From assembly GCA_003599135.1 (NCBI GenBank), contig QZIV01000020.1, positions 1 to 50,427 on the forward strand: a DNA stretch of 50,427 nt, read 5' to 3'. The DNA comes from Candidatus Parcubacteria bacterium (GTDB lineage Bacteria > Patescibacteriota > Minisyncoccia > UBA6257 > 2-01-FULL-56-20). Below, one piece after another: positions 50,364 to 50,427 of this stretch. Made by a program: the position numbers and the translations under genes. Position 1 is the first letter of the stretch, and each line of letters starts with the position of its first letter. The notes below the pieces were generated by a model. That model made no database searches and was not told where the DNA came from. It worked only from the letters and a program-made list of their open reading frames with translations.

Positions 50364-50427
50364 AGAACTAAATTACCACAAAGCTTGATTTTGGTAAACC
50401 CGCATCTAAACGACTTCGCTTTGATAG

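Noticed and set aside
1-50427. Alternative genetic code (UGA recoding, as in some candidate phyla).
   Set aside because: Conserved genes end at TGA at the expected protein C-termini, and several ATGA start/stop overlaps use TGA as stop (for example 2552-2555, 5391-5394, 23432-23435, 44634-44637). I noticed no in-frame TGA in the conserved proteins.

Overview
The window is gene-dense and almost entirely minus-strand. It looks like a small-genome bacterium: many proteins are domain-reduced and Shine-Dalgarno sites are weak. A Patescibacteria/CPR-like origin is my inference only.

Gene content, in order:
- 1-6.7 kb: a copper / thiol-redox island. It holds a CPH-type P1B ATPase, a methyltransferase, two uncharacterised Cys proteins, DUF305, a CsoR-family repressor with a clear operator, a DoxX-like protein, a VKOR-type thioredoxin domain, a CPVC membrane protein, CcdA and DUF1573.
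- 7-11.8 kb: housekeeping genes (acylphosphatase, AI-2E transporter, FAD oxidase, VOC, TsaC).
- 11.8-22.2 kb: a contiguous DNA-repair cluster (uvrC, uvrA, uvrB, nth, mpg). It is interrupted by three unannotatable insertions: one ORFan between uvrC and uvrA, and two self-contained plus-strand transcription units.
- 22-33 kb: assorted enzymes and transporters (MBL hydrolase, PQQ-type dehydrogenase fusion, FKBP, tRNA-binding protein, NUDIX proteins, ABC exporter, RRM protein).
- 33-41 kb: secA-hpf-murB, GtrA-like, SIMPL, tpiA.
- 41.3 kb: tRNA-Glu(CUC) next to a tRNA-like relic element.
- 41-46 kb: a minimal dcw cluster (mraZ-rsmH-ftsL-ftsI-murF).
- 46.7-50.4 kb: a Liv-type ABC importer.

I saw no CRISPR array, rRNA, transposase or integrase.

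Most interesting:
- the Cys-protein modules of the copper island
- the ORFan and small-membrane-protein cassettes embedded in the repair cluster
- a compact promoter-SD-22-codon-terminator micro-unit
- palindromic repeats inserted in-frame into uvrB and copB
- a ~430-nt structured non-coding interval upstream of murB

All family assignments come from motif reading by eye. No database search was run.
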